Counted from the first letter of the stretch, positions 36,552 through 49,595 are shown. The stretch is DNA of 64,000 nt from Dendrobates tinctorius (GCF_039654945.1 NW_027361988.1:1240001-1304000), one strand, 5' to 3'. Notes: generated by a model not told the origin, from the letters alone. Translations and numbers: made by a program.

Positions 36552-38081
36552 ATGGTAAACGCCATTGTCTGTAAAGACCCCGTTACACACTGCGATATCG
36601 CTAGCAATATTTTTGAACCCCTCTCCATAATCTTTGAAAATTCTTGGAGAACAGGAGAAGTGCCAGAAGACTGGAGAAGAGCAAATGTTGTTGCTATCTT
36701 CAAAAAGGGGAAGAAGATGGACCCAGGCAACTATAGGCCGGTGAGTCTGACTTCTATACCAGGAAAGATCTTTGAACAAATTATTAAAACAACATGTATG
36801 TCAATACCTGGATAAGAATGAAGTGATTAAACAGAGTCAGCATGGGTTTCTAACTAATAAGTCATGTCAGACTAACTTAATTTCCTTCTATGACGGTATC
36901 ACTGATTGGGTGGATCAAGGAAATGCTGTAGATATAGTATATCTTGACTTCAGCAAAGCATTTGACAAAGTCTCTCATACAATCCTTATTGAAAAAATGA
37001 CTAAGTATGGAATGGACAAGGCAACTGTTAGGTGGATTCATAACTGGCTTAGTGATCGGACCCAAAGAGTGGTCGTAAATGGCTGCACATCCAGTTGGAA
37101 GAATGTCTCAAGTGGGGTACCACAGGGCTCTGTCCTGGGCCCTGTATTGTTCAACATCTTTATCAACGATTTAGATGAAGGAATTGAGGGTAAACTGATT
37201 AAATTTGCTGATGACACAAAGCTAGGAGGGATAGCTAATACTAGAGAAGAGAGAGAGAGGATTCAAAAAGATTTAAATAAACTGGAGAAGTGGGCAGCAA
37301 CTAACAGAATGGTTTTTAACAGGGAGAAATGCAAAGTACTACATCTGGGCAATAAAAATGAAAAAAGCATATATAGAATGGGAGGAATAGGGCTAAGTGA
37401 CAGCACATGTGAAAAAGACTTGGGTATACTAATAGATCACAGACTGAATATGAGTCAACAGTGTGATGCAGCAGCAAAAAAGGCAAATGCAATTCTAGGA
37501 TGTATTAACAGAAGCATACAGTCTAGATCACGTGAAGTCATTATTTCCCTCTACTCCTCTTTGGTCAGACCTCATCTGGAATATTGTGTCCAGTTTTGGG
37601 CACCACATTTTAAAAAAGACATCAACAAACTGGAGCAAGTTCAGAAAAGAGCGACCAGAATGGTGACCGGTCTGCAAACCCTGTCTTATGAGGAAAGGTT
37701 GCAGGATTTGGGAATGTTTAGTTTGCAAAAGAGAAGACTGAGAGGAGACTTAATAGCTGTCTACAAATATCTAAAGGGCTGTCACATTGTAGAAGGATCA
37801 ACTTTATTCTCATTTGCACAAGGAAAGACTAGAAGCAATGGGATGAAACTGAATGGGAAGAGACACAGATTAGATATTAGAAAAAACTTTTTGACAGTTA
37901 GAGTGATCAATGAGTGGAACAGGCTGCCACGAGAAGTGGTGAGTTCTCCTTCAATGGAAGTCTTCAAACAGAGGCTGGACAGACATCTGACTGGGATGAT
38001 TTAGCGAATCCTGCTTTGAGCAGGGGGTTGGACCAGATGGCCCAGGAGGTCCCTTCCAACTCTACGATTCTATGATTCTAT
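36552..38081 (+). pseudogene. Third CR1 RT copy, frameshifted by an extra A near 36787
   Basis: ttattaaaac here vs ttattaaac in copy 2. ORFs 36552-36815 and 36772-38004. Confidence 0.9.
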
Positions 38082-41000
38082 ATTGCTGTAAAGTCACCGA
38101 TTTTGTGACGTTGCAGCGATATTGCTAGCGATATCCCTGCATGTGATACTTACCTCCGACCGGCTCCCCCGCTGGTTATCACTGATCGCGCGAGAAGCTC
38201 CTGGTCCATTCCTCGTCGGCCACTTCCTGCTGGGCTTCCTGTGGCGCCCAGGGCGGGAGGACGCAGGATCGCCGCGTCTGACAGGTAAGTAGCGATCCCC
38301 GTCCCCAGCAATGTCGCTGGTGAGATCTGCCTGTGTAGCAGCTCACTAGCGACCACCTAGCGATGTACCAGCGATCCTGACCGCGTCATATCGCTAGTCG
38401 GGATCGCTGGTGCATCGCTAGGTGTAACGGTACCCTAAGTGTTACAATGAGTCACTTCTAACTGGCTAGATAGAAAAGTTGCAGACTCTGTAATCTCAGG
38501 ATAAATTACCGTATTTTTCGGACTATAAGATGCAACGGACCATAAGAACACCCCAATTTTCAGTAGGAAAATAGGGGTAAAAAAAAATAATGTGTCAAAT
38601 GGGGGTCCGTCTTACAGTCCGAATTCAGCTTACCTGGGAAGGGATCTGGCACAGGTGAAGTAGTCACAGGGGTCATTCAGTGGTCCAGGCTCGTGCGGTG
38701 GCGGCTCTGTGCTAGGGCAGGTTGGTTGTGCTGGGGCAGCAGCGCTGAGGCAGGGGCAGCAGCAGCGCTGAGGCAGGGGCAGCAGCAGCGCTGAGGCAGG
38801 GGCAGCAGCAGCGCTGAGGCAGGGGCAGCAGCAGCGCTGAGGCAGGGGCAGCAGCAGCGCTGAGGCAGGGGCAGCAGCAGCGCTGAGGCAGGGGCAGCTG
38901 TGCTGGGGCAGGTGGGCTCTGTGGTGGTGGCAGCGGGCGGCGCTCTGCGGTGCGGTGGTGGCAGCGGGCTGTGCTCCGGTACAGGGACGGCGGCTCCGCC
39001 GCGATTTCTTCGCAGCCCGGAGGCCCCCGCACTTCCCTTGCTGGCCGCCGCCATGTTGCAGTGGCCTCCGGGAGCATGGACGCCGGAAAGAATCTGCCGC
39101 AGACCTCAAAATTTGAAATCTCATTTTCAAAAGTGAGAGCCGGCTAATGGTGCCAAAAATGAGAGCAATAGCTTTAACAACCGGTTCCACCGAACCGGGG
39201 AGAACCCGCTGAATCCCACCCCTGGCTGCGCCCCGAGGGCTCATAGTGCTGCGCTGTGTGGAGTGGGATTCGAACCCACGCCTCCACGTGGTGACTGCAG
39301 ACGCTGAACACGCTCCCTGGTGCACAACAGCTTGCACCTCCAGGGACCAGTACTGCTGCTGTCAGGAGTGGGATTCGAACCCACGCCTCTACGGGAGACT
39401 GCCCCGAGGGCTCATAGTGCTGCGCTGTGTGGTGCGGGGTGGGCAGGGTCAGCGCTGCGCCCCCAGGGCTCATAGTGCTCCGCTGTGTGGTGCGGGGTGG
39501 GTGGGGTCAGCGCTGCGCCCCCAGGGCTTATAGCGCTGCGCTGTGTGGTGCGGCGTGGGCGGGGTCAGCGCTGCACCCCCAGGGCTCATAGTGCTCCGCT
39601 GTGTGGTGCGGGGTCATCTCCCATCTCCTCCCTGGCTCTGTGCTGCTGTGTAAGATCGCTTAGTGGTGGGGGAGGGGCGGCAGTGACTGGCCGGTGGGCA
39701 GGGTCACTGTGCTATGGGAACCAAGATCCGGCCTGCATAGAAGGTGGAAGAGGGAGGAGTCGTGTGACACGCCGAGCTGCCTGTGACTCATCCCCTGGCT
39801 CGGGGGGCGGAGTCAGCGCCGTGCAGCACACAAACAGTCTCTCCCTGGCTTGCAGTACAGTGAGGCTGGGGGATGGGCGGCCGGGCTCTGTGTCACGTGG
39901 CTCCGAGCCCACCCCCTGCTTTCTCGGTCTAACTGCAGCAACAATGACGTCACCTGAGCGCCAGATTTGAACCTTGGAGCTGCCGGCCGGTAACTGTATG
40001 CCTGTATGGGGTCAGCTGTGGGGGGAGACAGGGGGTCCCTGCAGAGTGTATGGGGTCAGCTGTGGGGGGCACTGCAGGTAGACAGGGGGTCCCTGCAGAG
40101 TGTATGGGGTCAGCTGTGGGGGGCACTACGGGGGAGACAGGGGGTCCCTGCAGAGTGTATGGGGTCAGCTGTGGGGGGCACTGCGTGGGAGACAGGGGGT
40201 CCCTGCAGAGTGTTTGGGGTCAGCTGTGGGGGGCACTGCGTGGGAGACAGGTGGTCCCTGCAGGGGGAGGTGAGGACAGTGTATGGGCACAGCTGTGGGG
40301 GGCATGGCGGGGTACAGGCGTTCCCTGTGGGGTAGGGGAGGGTTAGGGGGGCTGTGTTGTCACTCTGCTGTGAACACTAATTATGAATGCAATATTTCCC
40401 TTATTAATTATTGTTTTTTTATTTCTCTGTCTCTCAGTAGGTAACACTTGGGGCAGTCGCCCGCTCTCTGTGTGTCTGCTGGCAATATACGCTCGTAGAA
40501 AAAGGGGTTAATGTACCAGTACAATTCATAGGACTTAATTTTTATTCTATGTCAAAATTCAATAATTTCCTTTTCCCTTTTTTTTCCAATAGGTAACAAG
40601 GCATCGTGGACACTAAACTGGCTCAAGAACTGGCGGGACAAGGACACCAAGTTTGCCTAATGGACGACATCGCTATGGAGGAACACAGCTCTCCGGCCAC
40701 CATCATCATGTGGAGCAGCTAAGCCTCTTCATCCTCGGTTTGGGTAAGTGACAATCCATGTATGTATGGTCTAAGGAGCGGTCATGGCACATGTACATAC
40801 ATGTATGTGTAAACATGTATATACAGTCAGCTGTCATGGCACTCGGGAAGTCACACCAGGGGGCTGTGTGGCCCTGTAGGCCTCTACACCACCACACAGC
40901 CTCCCGCAACCCGCTCTACAGCACCACACAGCCTCCCGCAGCCCCGTCTACACCACCACACTTCCTCCTCCAGCCTCTGTCTCCCCCCTCCAGTCCCTGA

Positions 41001-43170
41001 CGCCCCCCCCTCCAGCCTCCTTCCTAATTTAGAGCTTTTGGTTTTTTTTTATCAGCATAAATTGTCATTTAAGAAACGATTGTCCATTCAAGAAGAGATT
41101 TGTGTTGGCAGATTATCCTAGGAAAGCGTGTTAGATGATAATAATCGTGCTGCCCATCTCACCCGACGAGCAAGCAGCACCCTTGTTCGTTGGGTGAATT
41201 GACCTTTTAAGGGAGCCCGACGTACTCACTAAATTGTCCCTATCCCTAAGTTTTTTTGGATGCAGATTGCTCTCACACGAGTGTTTTTTTGATTTGGAAA
41301 AGAAAGAAATGAGGATGGAGAATCAAAACTTTAAGGCTAAAAAATATACTCACACATATATACACCAACTGTATAGACACACATATAAATATTTATGGTG
41401 TATACATTAGGCTATAAGACCTGGAGACTGTTATTACACATGCTGCCACTAGGTTTATTTTCTTTTCTTTAAAAAAAAAAAAAAGATGCAACGGACCATA
41501 AGAACACCCCAATTTTCAGTAGGAAAATAAGGGGAAAAAAAATAATGTGTCAAATGGGGGTCCGTCTTACAGTCCGAATTCAGCTTACCTGGGAAGGGAT
41601 CTGGCACAGGTGAAGTAGTCACAGGGGTCATTCAGTGGTCCAGGCTCGTGTGGTGGCGGCTCTGTGCTAGGGCAGGTTGGTTGTGCTGGGGCAGCTGCGC
41701 TGGGGGAGAGGCAGCTGCGCTGGGGGAGGGGCAGCTGCGCTGGGGCAGCTGCGCTGAGGCAGGGGCAGCAGCAGCGCTGGGGCAGGGGCAGCTGGGCAGG
41801 GGCAGCTGCGCTGGGGCAGGGGCAGCTGTGCTGGGGCAGGTGGGCTCTGTGGTGGTGGCAGCGGGCGGCGCTCTGTGGTGCGGTGGTGGCAGCGGGCTGT
41901 GCTCCGGTACAGGGACGGCGGCTCCGTCGCGATTTCTTCGCAGCCCGGAGGCTGTGGGGGGGAGACAGGGGGTCCCTGCAGAGTGTATGGGGTCAGCTGT
42001 GGGGGGCACTGCGGGTAGACAGGGGGTCCCTGCAGAGTGTATGGGGTCAGCTGTGGGGGGCACTGCGGGGGAGACAGGGGGTCCCTGCAGAGTGTATGGG
42101 GTCAGCTGTGGGGGGCACTACGGGGGAGACAGGGGGTCCCTGCAGAGTGTATGGGGTCAGCTGTGGGGGGCTCTGCGTGGGAGACAGGGGTCCCTGCAGA
42201 GTGTTTGGGGTCAGCTGTGGGGGGCACTGCGTGGGAGACAGGGGGTCCCTGCAGGGGGAGGTGAGGACAGTGTATGGGCACAGCTGTGGGGGGCATGGCG
42301 GGGTACAGGCGTTCCCTGTGGGGTAGGGGAGGGTTAGGGGGGCTGTGTTGTCACTCTGCTGTGAACACTAATTATGAATGCAATATTTCCCTTATTAATT
42401 ATTGTTTTTTTATTTCTCTGTCTCTCAGTAGGTAACACTTGGGGCAGTCGCCCGCTCTCTGTGTGTCTGCTGGCAATATACGCTCGTAGAAAAAGGGGTT
42501 AATGTACCAGTACAATTCATAGGACTTAATTTTTATTCTATGTCAAAATTCAATAATTTCCTTTTCCCTTTTTTTTCCAATAGGTAACAAGGCATCGTGG
42601 ACACTAAACTGGCTCAAGAACTGGCGGGACAAGGACACCAAGTTTGCCTAATGGACGACATCGCTATGGAGGAACACAGCTCTCCGGCCACCATCATCAT
42701 GTGGAGCAGCTAAGCCTCTTCATCCTCGGTTTGGGTAAGTGACAATCCATGTATGTATGGTCTAAGGAGCGGTCATGGCACATGTACATACATGTATGTG
42801 TAAACATGTATATACAGTCAGCTGTCATGGCACTCGGGAAGTCACACCAGGGGGCTGTGTGGCCCTGTAGGCCTCTACACCACCACACAGCCTCCCGCAA
42901 CCCGCTCTACAGCACCACACAGCCTCCCGCAGCCCCGTCTACACCACCACACTTCCTCCTCCAGCCTCTGTCTCCCCCCTCCAGTCCCTGACGCCCCCCC
43001 CTCCAGCCTCCTTCCTAATTTAGAGCTTTTGGTTTTTTTTATCAGCATAAATTGTCATTTAAGAAACGATTGTCCATTCAAGAAGAGATTTGTGTTGGCA
43101 GATTATCCTAGGAAAGCGTGTTAGATGATAATAATCGTGCTGCCCATCTCACCCGACGAGCAAGCAGCAC

Positions 43171-43944
43171 CAGGGTGGATAAAAATCTTGAATTTTTTAA
43201 AAAAATCAAAAAAATCAGATTTTTTTGATTTAAATCAGATGATTGCAGTTTTCATAATGTGATTTCAAACGGCAAACAAGTCCTTGGATATCCTTTTGAC
43301 AGTATTTGCACTTTGCTCTTGCACCTTTCTTTCCAAGATCTGCTGCTGGCATCTCAACAAAATGAACCCAAATAGGGTCTCTCTTATGACCTGCTGCCAT
43401 GGCTCACACAGATCACTTATGAAGTTTGATTGTTACTACAGCCTGAGCCAAGCACTGCTGATGTTACTACAGCCTGAGCCAAGTACTGCTGACTATCCAA
43501 CAAGTTTGGGCATGTCAACTGAATGTAGGGAAAAAGAAACTAAACCAAAACTGAAACCAAGCTAGAAGTGTGGAATTAAAGGGGCAGTATGAACAAAATG
43601 TGGAGGCTATTAATAGTTTATACAATTAAGACATGCTGCTTTTAAACACCTACCTATTGCCATATAGTAAAACAAAAAAGATTTTTACTTACTTTGGGGT
43701 CCCCCCCTCACCCTGGCGTTAGATCGTTGCCCCTACTTTCGTCCGTGTAACTATGGGCGCACATGCACACTGCTCTCACTTCTCATTTTAATCGTGATTT
43801 ATATTAAAAAAAAACCTTTTGATTTAAATCAGTGATTTAAATCATGATTAAAATCATGATTTAAATCGATCCGATTTAAATAGAAAAAAATCTTTTGATT
43901 TAAATCGTGATTTAAATCGGCGTGATTTAAATCAATCCACCCTG
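43171..43944 (-). mobile_element. hAT deletion derivative, copy 3
   Basis: TIRs and AGCAGCAC TSD. Confidence 0.95.
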
Positions 43945-44261
43945 AGCAGCACCCTTGTTCGTTGGGTGAATTGACCTTTTAAGGGAGCCCGACGTACTCA
44001 CTAAATTGTCCCTATCCCTAAGTTTTTTTGGATGCAGATTGCTCTCACACGAGTGTTTTTTTGATTTGGAAAAGAAAGAAATGAGGATGGAGAATCAAAA
44101 CTTTAAGGCTAAAAAATATACTCACACATATATACACCAACTGTATAGACACACATATAAATATTTATGGTGTATACATTAGGCTATAAGACTTGGAGAC
44201 TGTTATTACACATGCTGCCACTAGGTTTATTTTCTTTTCTTAAAAAAAAAAAAACTGTCGC

Positions 44262-44908
44262 TGTCAGGAGTGGGATTCGAACCCACGCCTCCACATGTGG
44301 TGACTGCAGACGCTTAACACGCTCCCTGGTGCGCAACAGCTTGCACCTCCAGGGACCAGTACTGCTGCTGTCAAGGAGTGGGATTTGAACCCACGCCTCC
44401 ACATGTGGTGACTGCAGACGCTTAACACGCTCCCTGGTGCGCAACAGCTTGCACCTCCAGGGACCAGTACTGCTGCTGTCAAGGAGTGGGATTTGAACCC
44501 ACGCCTCCACATGTGGTGACTGCAGACGCTTAACACGCTCCCTGGTGCTCAACAGTTTGCACCTCCAGGGACCAGTACTGCTGCTGTCAGGAGTGGGATT
44601 CGAACCCACGCCTCCACTGGAGACTGTTATTACACATGCTGCCACTAGGTTTATTTTCTTTTCTTTAAAAAAAAAAAAAAAAAAAAAACTGTCGCTGTCA
44701 GGAGTGGGATTCGAACCCACGCCTCCACGTGGTGACTGCAGACGCTGAACACGCTCCCTGGTGCACAACAGCTTGCACCTCCAGGGACCAGTACTGCTGC
44801 TGTCAAGGAGTGGGATTTGAACCCACGCCTCCACATGTGGTGACTGCAGACGCTTAACACGCTCCCTGGTGCACAACAGCTTGCACCTCCAGGGACCAGT
44901 ACTGCTGC
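44262..44908 (-). repeat. Six tRNA-Leu half modules in two blocks
   Basis: Modules at 44262, 44369, 44477, 44585, 44696 and 44801. Confidence 0.9.
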
Positions 44909-44991
44909 TGTCAGGAGCGGGATTCGAACCCACGCCTCCACGGGAGACTGCAACCTGAACACAGTGCCTTAGACCACTAGGCCATCCTGAC
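44909..44991 (-). tRNA. Degenerate tRNA-Leu(CAG), copy 3
   Basis: Same as 28923-29005 with one extra T-stem change (CCCGC). Confidence 0.8.
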
Positions 44992-45509
44992 TGCTGACAC
45001 TGACATGCTCCCTGGTGACACAAGAGTTTGCACCACCAGGGACTTCAGTACAGATCTGCTGTCCAGATCAGACATTGGGGCCCCTGGTGGGACTTCTGGC
45101 AAAGCCAGAGGGGACATTGGGATGTCATTTGAAAGCTAATTACCAGACTGAGGTGAGGGAGCAGTTCTTGGGGCTGTGTGGTGCTCTGTTGGGCATTTGT
45201 GCACCCTCAAGCCTGCACCACAAGGACCACTTTTATCCATGGACAGCCAGGCTCTGACCCCCTGAATTCAAATTCCATTTGAATTCAAATACAACACAAA
45301 AAACACAAAAAGTTGTGCATACAACTTATACCACAATGAACAGATTAGTAATAAAACAATCCACCAGGAGTTAACAGTGGACATGTGGAGCTTTCATGTA
45401 GCCTCACTGTGCCCAGTAACATTGGCTGGTCACCCTACATGAGAAAAAATTGTAATATTCCAATATTCAAAACTCTGTCCCTGTCTAATTTCTTTGTAAC
45501 AAGACATCA

Positions 45510-46412
45510 GATGATCGTAGATAAAGGCATTTTATTCAACTTTTCACAAAGTTAACAGAGAGGCTGTAAAAACATCAAGAGACATTTTTGGGCTTAAAAA
45601 AAAAAAAAAAAATTTAAACTGATGAATCAGCTGGTAAGTTTTTTTGGATGTACAGTGGTCAGATGGATTTGAGAAGGACGTTCTCTCGGCAGACGGGTGC
45701 CTGTTATACCCTATAGAATATATTCAGTGTACACGTCCTGGTGTGAAAAGAACCTAATATATATATTTTTTTTTTTTACTCCAAAAACAGAAAAAAAAAC
45801 AGAGTGAAGGCAATCAGTTTCCACCAGACACAAACAAACCTAAGTTTGCTTCGGCCAGAAATCACTCGAAATAAAAGGGTTTCCAGGACCTTCAGGCCCC
45901 TGAAGCTTAAAACTAGCGAAGAGACTGGGGGGGGTGAAAACTAAATTATATATATATATATACACACCACCTGCCCAGACTGGACTGATGACGACCCGAC
46001 CAGAACCCATGTGAGGCCTAGTCGGCCCCGGTAACTGAAAAGGCCACTACTGTTATGCTTTTAATCCTTTCCCAGTCATATAAAAGAATTTTAAATAAAA
46101 TGGCCGGAGAGTTGCTATATGGCGCAAGTTCCCCACCCAAAAAAAGTTTCTAACACATTCAGTTACAAATGTGTAATTTTCCTACATCTGAGGGGGAAAA
46201 GGCCACCATGGAGGTGTGTGTAAGAAGGTATGGCCGCTCCCAGGGTCCTCCATCACAGACAGAGGCCTAGAGACATCACCGGCCTCACACGGCCCCGAAC
46301 TACGCGCACAGACTGAAGAAGAAGGGGCTCCGCCATTACCGGAGGAGATTGTGCGCCTCCATGCTGCGGTTCTGGAGCACACCACGGCCACACGGAGCGG
46401 GGTGGACGGCAT
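45510..46412 (-). pseudogene. ssu72: SSU72 (RNA Pol II CTD phosphatase) pseudogene: exon 1 and intron start fused to the end of the last exon and a probable 3' UTR
   Basis: MPSTPLRVAVVCS from 46412, then frameshifted NRSMEAHNLL and a donor gtaatg at 46339. SGHTFLHT at 46238-46215 matches the SSU72 C-terminus (SGRTFLHTVCFY). AATAAA at 45531-45536. Confidence 0.9.
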
Positions 46413-46439
46413 TATGGTATCAGGCCGCCGAGGTCTCCC

Positions 46440-46640
46440 CCTCACGAAAACCTCCTGACTCGGCGGAGACACGGTGAGGAGGACCGCAGCCGCTGCTACA
46501 GATGGCGGCACTTCCGCCTGTGCTCCGCCACCACAGGAACTAAAATGGCGGCCGGGCGGGGAAGTGACGTGTGGTGAGGAGACGTGGGAGGCCGGACTGA
46601 GTCATGGAGGAGGCGACGGTGGTGTCGTAATGTTTGCTGT
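46440..46640. promoter_or_regulatory. CpG-island, probably bidirectional promoter upstream of the SSU72 pseudogene
   Basis: YY1-type AAAATGGCGGC 46542-46552, ETS CACTTCCG 46509-46516, ETS-CRE composite GGAAGTGACGT 46560-46570. Confidence 0.65.
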
Positions 46641-46769
46641 GGAGAGCGCAGCAGAGGAGCGGAGCTGTCAGCGGGGAAGAGCGCGGCACAACACAAAGCC
46701 CGGAGGAGGGAGCGGCGACACCCCGCAGAGGACAGAAGGGAGACGGTGTGTGGGGGGAGAGAGTGGGGG

Positions 46770-48778
46770 GAGCAGAGGCTGAGCATGGGGGGGAGCAGAG
46801 GCTGAGCATGGGGGGGGGAGCAGAGGCTGAGCATGGGGGGGAGCAGAGGCTGAGCATGGGGGGGGAGCAGAGGCTGAGCATGGGGGGGGAGCAGAGGCTG
46901 AGCATGGGGGGGGGAGCAGAGGCTGAGCAGGGGGGGGGAGCAGAGGCTGAGCATGGGGGGGGGAGCAGAGGCTGAGCATGGGGGGGGAGCAGAGGCTGAG
47001 CATGGGGGGGAGCAGAGGCTGAGCATGGGGGGGAGCAGAGGCTGAGCAGGGGGGGGGAGCAGAGGCTGAGCATGGGGGGGGGAGCAGAGGCTGAGCATGG
47101 GGGGGGAGCAGAAGCTGGGCATGGGGGGGGGGAGCAGAGGCTGGGCATGGGGGGGGGGAGCAGAGGCTGAGCATGGGGGGGGGAGCAGAGGCTGAGCATG
47201 GGGGGGGGAGCAGAGGCTGAGCGGGGGGGGGAGCAGAGGCTGAGCATGGGGGGGGGAGCAGAGGCTGAGCATGGGGGGGGAGCAGAGGCTGAGCATGGGG
47301 GGGGGGAGCAGAGGCTGAGCATGGAGGGGGGAGCAGAGGCTGAGCATGAGGGGGGGGGGAGCAGAGGCTGAGCATGGGGGGGGAGCAGAGGCTGAGCATG
47401 GGGGGGGAGCAGAGGCTGAGCATGGGGGGGGGGGAGCAGAGGCTGAGCATGGGGGGGGGAGCAGAGGCTGAGCATGGGGGGGGGAGCAGAGGCTGAGCAT
47501 GGGGGGGGAGCAGAGGCTGAGCATGGGGGGGGAGCAGAGGCTGAGCATGGGGGAGGGAGCAGAGGCTGAGCATGGGGGGGGAGCAGAGGCTGAGCATGGG
47601 GGGGGGAGCAGAGGCTGAGCATGGGGGGGGGAGCAGAGGCTGAGCATGGGGGGGGAGCAGAGGCTGAGCATGGGGGAGGGAGCAGAGGCTGAGCATGGGG
47701 GGGGAGCAGAGGCTGAGCATGGAGGGGGGAGCAGAGGCTGAGCATGGGGGGGAGCAGAGGCTGAGCATGGGGGGGGGGGGAGCAGAGGCTGAGCATGGGG
47801 GGGGGAGCAGAGGCTGAGCATGGGGGGGGGGAGCAGAGGCTGAGCATGGGGGGGGAGCAGAGGCTGAGCATGGGGGGGGGGGGGGGGGGAGCAGAGGCTG
47901 AGCATGGGGGGGGGGGAGCAGAGGCTGAGCATGGGGGGGGGGGGGAGCAGAGGCTGAGCATGGGGGAGGAGCAGAGGCTGAGCATGGGGGGGGGGGGGGG
48001 AGCAGAGGCTGAGCATGGGGGAGGAGCAGAGGCTGAGCATGGGGGGGGGAGCAGAGGCTGAGCATGGGGGGGGGAGCAGAGGCTGAGCATGGGGGGGGAG
48101 CAGAGGCTGAGCATGGGGGGGGAGCAGAGGCTGAGCATGGGGGGGAGCAGAGGCTGAGCATGGGGGGGGGGGGAGCAGAGGCTGAGCATGGGGGGGGGAG
48201 CAGAGGCTGAGCATGGGGGGGGGGGGGGGGGGAGCAGAGGCTGAGCATGGGGGGGGGAGCAGAGGCTGAGCATGGGGGGGGGGGGGGGAGCAGAGGCTGA
48301 GCATGGGGGAGGAGCAGAGGCTGAGCATGGGGGGGGGGGGGAGCAGAGGCTGAGCATGGGGGAGGAGCAGAGGCTGAGCATGGGGGGGGGAGCAGAGGCT
48401 GAGCATGGGGGGGAGCAGAGGCTGAGCATGGGGGGGGGGGGGGAGCAGAGGCTGAGCATGGGGGAGGAGCAGAGGCTGAGCATGGGGGGGGGAGCAGAGG
48501 CTGAGCATGGGGGGGGGAGCAGAGGCTGAGCATGGGGGGGGGAGCAGAGGCTGAGCATGGGGGGGGGAGCAGAGGCTGAGCATGGGGGGGGGAGCAGAGG
48601 CTGAGCATGGGGGGGGGGGGAGCAGAGGCTGAGCATGGGGGGGGGGGAGCAGAGGCTGAGCATGGGGGGGGGGGGAGCAGAGGCTGAGCATGGGGGGGGG
48701 AGCAGAGGCTGAGCATGGGGGGGAGCAGAGGCTGAGCATGGGGGGGGAGCAGAGGCTGAGCATGGGGGGGGAGCAGAG
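46770..48778 (+). repeat. G-rich minisatellite AGCAGAGGCTGAGCAT(G)n, roughly 75-80 copies
   Basis: Constant 16-bp core with a variable G-run. Confidence 0.97.
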
Positions 48779-48841
48779 GATGGTGCTTAGGGGGCGGAGC
48801 TGGAGTGTGGTGGACGGGAGATAAAACACAACCTTAGTATG

Positions 48842-49025
48842 TAGGGCTGTGGAGTCGGAGCTCATTTTGGTGGAGTCGGAGTTGGTATAAAATGGACCGA
48901 TTCCGACTCCTAAAATATATAATAAATTGGGTACAGTAATTCAATGCAGAATGTGCTGAATATTTTTTCATAGGAATTTGGGAAAGTTATGAAATGTCCT
49001 ATAAATGGCTGTTCTATTCCTGATC
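48842..49025. mobile_element. Terminal fragment of a non-autonomous hAT-like element with GGAGTC repeats
   Basis: tagggctgtggagtcggag terminus. No partner end is seen. Confidence 0.45.
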
Positions 49026-49526
49026 TAAGGCTACATTCACACACAGCGTTTTTGCTGCGTTTTTTGAGGATACGTTTTTCAGTTGCAAAAGCAGATCAGC
49101 TTTTTAAAAACTGCATCACCTGAAAGGTTTTTGAGCTCATAGATAATGTTTTCAATATCAGAGCAGATTTCTAATCTGCTTTTATTTATATATCTGTCTA
49201 TCCATATCATATCTGTACCAAAAAGAATGAAAGCCGGATAGCACACAGACTAACACTCCTTTTTTTTAGCACCAGTCAGGTCCACCTCATAGCTGCCCAA
49301 AAGGACGCCCAGGACAGGCATTGCTCGTCTTCAGTAACATCAACTGATAGTTGGAATAAATATACTGCATTCACCACCACATCTTCTTAAGGTGCAGGCT
49401 TTATTTTCAAGTGTAGGGGTGTGCAGTATGAGGTTCTGCCCCCCCCAGGTTTGATCCTGGCTACGCCCATGATGTGGATGTAGCCTGAGGATCTAGGCTT
49501 TGTCTTAGCCGAGATAAGTCATAGTA

Positions 49527-49590
<64 letters not shown>

Positions 49591-49595
<5 letters not shown>

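Larger units (their letters stand above)
21366..45281. repeat. Tandem macro-repeat, ~3 near-identical units (periods 8545 and 6998 bp, last unit incomplete)
   Basis: Identical ORFs recur at 22607/31152/38150 and 24050/32595/39485. Units 1 and 3 contain an additional ~2-2.7 kb internal duplication. Confidence 0.97.

Noticed and set aside
44262-44991. CRISPR-like repeat-spacer appearance of the tRNA-derived array
   Set aside because: The spacers are near-identical to each other, the repeat is a tRNA 3' half, there are no cas genes, and the context is eukaryotic.
46496-48865. 680-790-aa Pro-rich ORFs
   Set aside because: All three minus-strand frames are open because of the minisatellite.
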